From assembly GCF_028641065.1 (NCBI RefSeq), contig NC_073397.1, positions 18,538,001-18,602,000 on the forward strand: a DNA stretch of 64,000 bases. Reading direction: 5' to 3'. Of the stretch, positions 62,180-64,000 are shown in pieces (position 1 is the first letter of the stretch; every line of letters starts with the position of its first letter). Source of the DNA: Leucoraja erinacea (taxonomy: Eukaryota). The notes beneath the pieces are model-generated. The model saw only the letters and a program-made list of their open reading frames with translations, had not been told where the DNA came from and made no database searches. Made by a program: the position numbers and the translations under genes.

Positions 62180-63820
62180 TTCTTCTTAATCTTTAGGGAA
62201 CGGGGGTTCCCCTCTTCTATTATGGATGAGGCTCTCACCAGGGTCTCCTCTATATCCCGCAGTTCTGCTCTCACTCCCCATACTGCACTCGTAACAAGGA
62301 CTGAGTCCCCGTTGTCCTCATCTTCCACCGTATCAGCCGTTGCATACAACATATAATCCTCCGACATTTTCGCCACCTTCAACGGGATCCCACCACTGGC
62401 CACATTTTCCCATCCCCTCTCCTTTCTGCTTTCCGCAGAGACCGTTCCCTCCATAACTCCCTGGTCAATACGTCCCTTTCCACCCAAACCACCCCCTCCA
62501 CTTTCCCTTGCAACCGCAGGAAATAATAATAATAATAATGATAATAATAATATATTTTATTGTATTTGGTATGCAGCTTCCATCCGATAATCATAACTTA
62601 AACAACTAATTAAATTTAGATACCCCGAGAAACATTTTATATTTAAAAAAAAACAGTAAAACAGTCAAAAGTGCAAATATGTCTGTGCCGGGTCGATGTG
62701 CGTGAATACTGTTCATGGGGGTGGGGGGGGGGGGCACTCAGCAGGGCCGGTTCAGAGCAGCGATAGCTCTGGGGATTAAGCTGTTCCTGAGTCTGGAGGT
62801 GCGGGCGTAGAAGGCCTTGTCACGTCTGCTTGAAGGTAGGAGTTTGAACAGACTATTAGAAGGGTGTGAGGAGTCTTTGTGGATGCTGACGGCCTTCCTG
62901 AGGCACCGTGTGTAGTAGATGGCCTCCAAGGCTGGTAGCTGTGTCCCAATAATCTTCTGCGCTGAAGAGCTATCCTCTCCGCCTCCGTGCAGCTGAGATA
63001 CCACACAGAGATGCCATGTGTTAGTATGCTCTCTGTGGTGCTGCGGCAAAAGGTTGTCAGCAGCTGTTGGGGCAGACCAGTCTTTTTCAATGTTCTTGGG
63101 AAGAACAGTCGTTGCTGTGCCTTCTTGACCAGCGCAGCGGTGTTGGTGGACCATGTAAGGTCCTCTGAAATGTGTGTGCTCAGAAACCTAAAGTTGGACA
63201 CTCTCTCCACACTGTCCCCATTGATAGAGATTGGGGCGTGTTCCCCATTTTGTGTCCTCCTGAAGCTGATAAATGCTACACTTTACCTCCCCCCTCGACT
63301 CCATCTAAGGACCCAAGCAGTCTTTCCGGCTGAGGCAGAGGTTCACATGCACCTCTTCCAACCTCATCTACTGCATCCGCTATTCCAGATGTCAACTTCT
63401 CCACATCGGTGAGACCAAGCACAGGCTTGGCGATCGCTTCGCCCAACACCTCCGCTCAGTTTGCAATAACCAACCTGATCTCCCGGTGGCTCAGCACTTC
63501 AACTACCCCTCCCATTCCGAATCCGACCTTTCTGTCCTGGGCCTCCTCCATTGCCAGGATGAGGCCCAGTGAAAATTGGAGGAACAGCACCTCATATTTC
63601 ACTTGGATAGTTTCCAATTCCAGGTAGTCCTTGGTTTCTCCCTCCTTCCCCTCCCCTGCCCAGCTCTCCCACAAGCCTACTGTCTCCGCCTCTTCCTTTC
63701 TTTTTCCTCGCCCCTCCCGACATCAGTCAGAAGAAGGGTCTCGACCCGAAATGTTGCCTATTCCTTCCCTCCATAGATGCTGTCTCACCCGCTGAATTTC
63801 TCCAGCATTTTTATCTTAAC
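62180..63820 (+). mobile_element. Penelope-like element 3' region (RT end, GIY-YIG, pLTR) split by a LINE
   Basis: FF..RERGFPSSIMDEALTRVS; ctcatctactgcatccgc..catcggtgagaccaag (GIY-YIG-like); terminal repeat with hammerhead-like motif at ~63727-63755. Confidence 0.8.
62525..63270 (-). mobile_element. Rex1/Babar-like LINE (DUF1891-type C-terminus) inserted in the Penelope element
   Basis: ERVSNFRFL..HISEDLTWS..VKKAQQRLFF; (TAA)n tail at 62525-62550; AAAT duplicated at 62521 and 63271. Confidence 0.85.
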
Positions 63821-64000
63821 CTAAGAGTATGTGGGTAACAGTTTGAGTTTGTGATCGAGAAGGTGTTGGTTAGCCACCTTCTTGAACCACCATAGTCCTT
63901 CCAGAGAAGGTAATCCTACAGATCTAATGGGTAGTGAGTTTTTGGATTTAGAGCTCGCAACAATTTAGGATGGGTAGTATGAACTGATTGAATTAGTGGA

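Overview
Vertebrate genomic DNA. The repeat content (CR1/HER1-type LINEs, V-SINEs, a Deu-SINE core, Penelope-derived repeats) points to a cartilaginous fish, probably a skate or ray; this is inference. The window holds the 5' part of one + strand spliced gene, an ASAP-family Arf-GAP. It has a CpG-island promoter (~7.9-8.65 kb) and ten coding exons (8490..60428, 947 nt, ~315 codons) encoding the N-BAR domain and the start of the PH domain; the gene continues past the window. The protein diverges from ASAP1/2/3 as I recall them and may be a fourth paralogue. The rest is mostly transposon-rich intron and upstream DNA. Notable elements are a head-to-tail array of three non-autonomous Helitrons, a hAT transposon with a CGGBP1/DUF659-like transposase, TIRs and an 8-bp TSD, and three Harbinger-type MITEs. 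Penelope-derived short repeats carry minimal hammerhead-ribozyme cores, often as fold-back pairs. There is also a 5'-truncated L1 with a 17-bp TSD and several nested LINE insertions. Most ORFs in the track are LINE fragments or low-complexity artefacts. Repeat boundaries are approximate unless a TSD/TIR is quoted.
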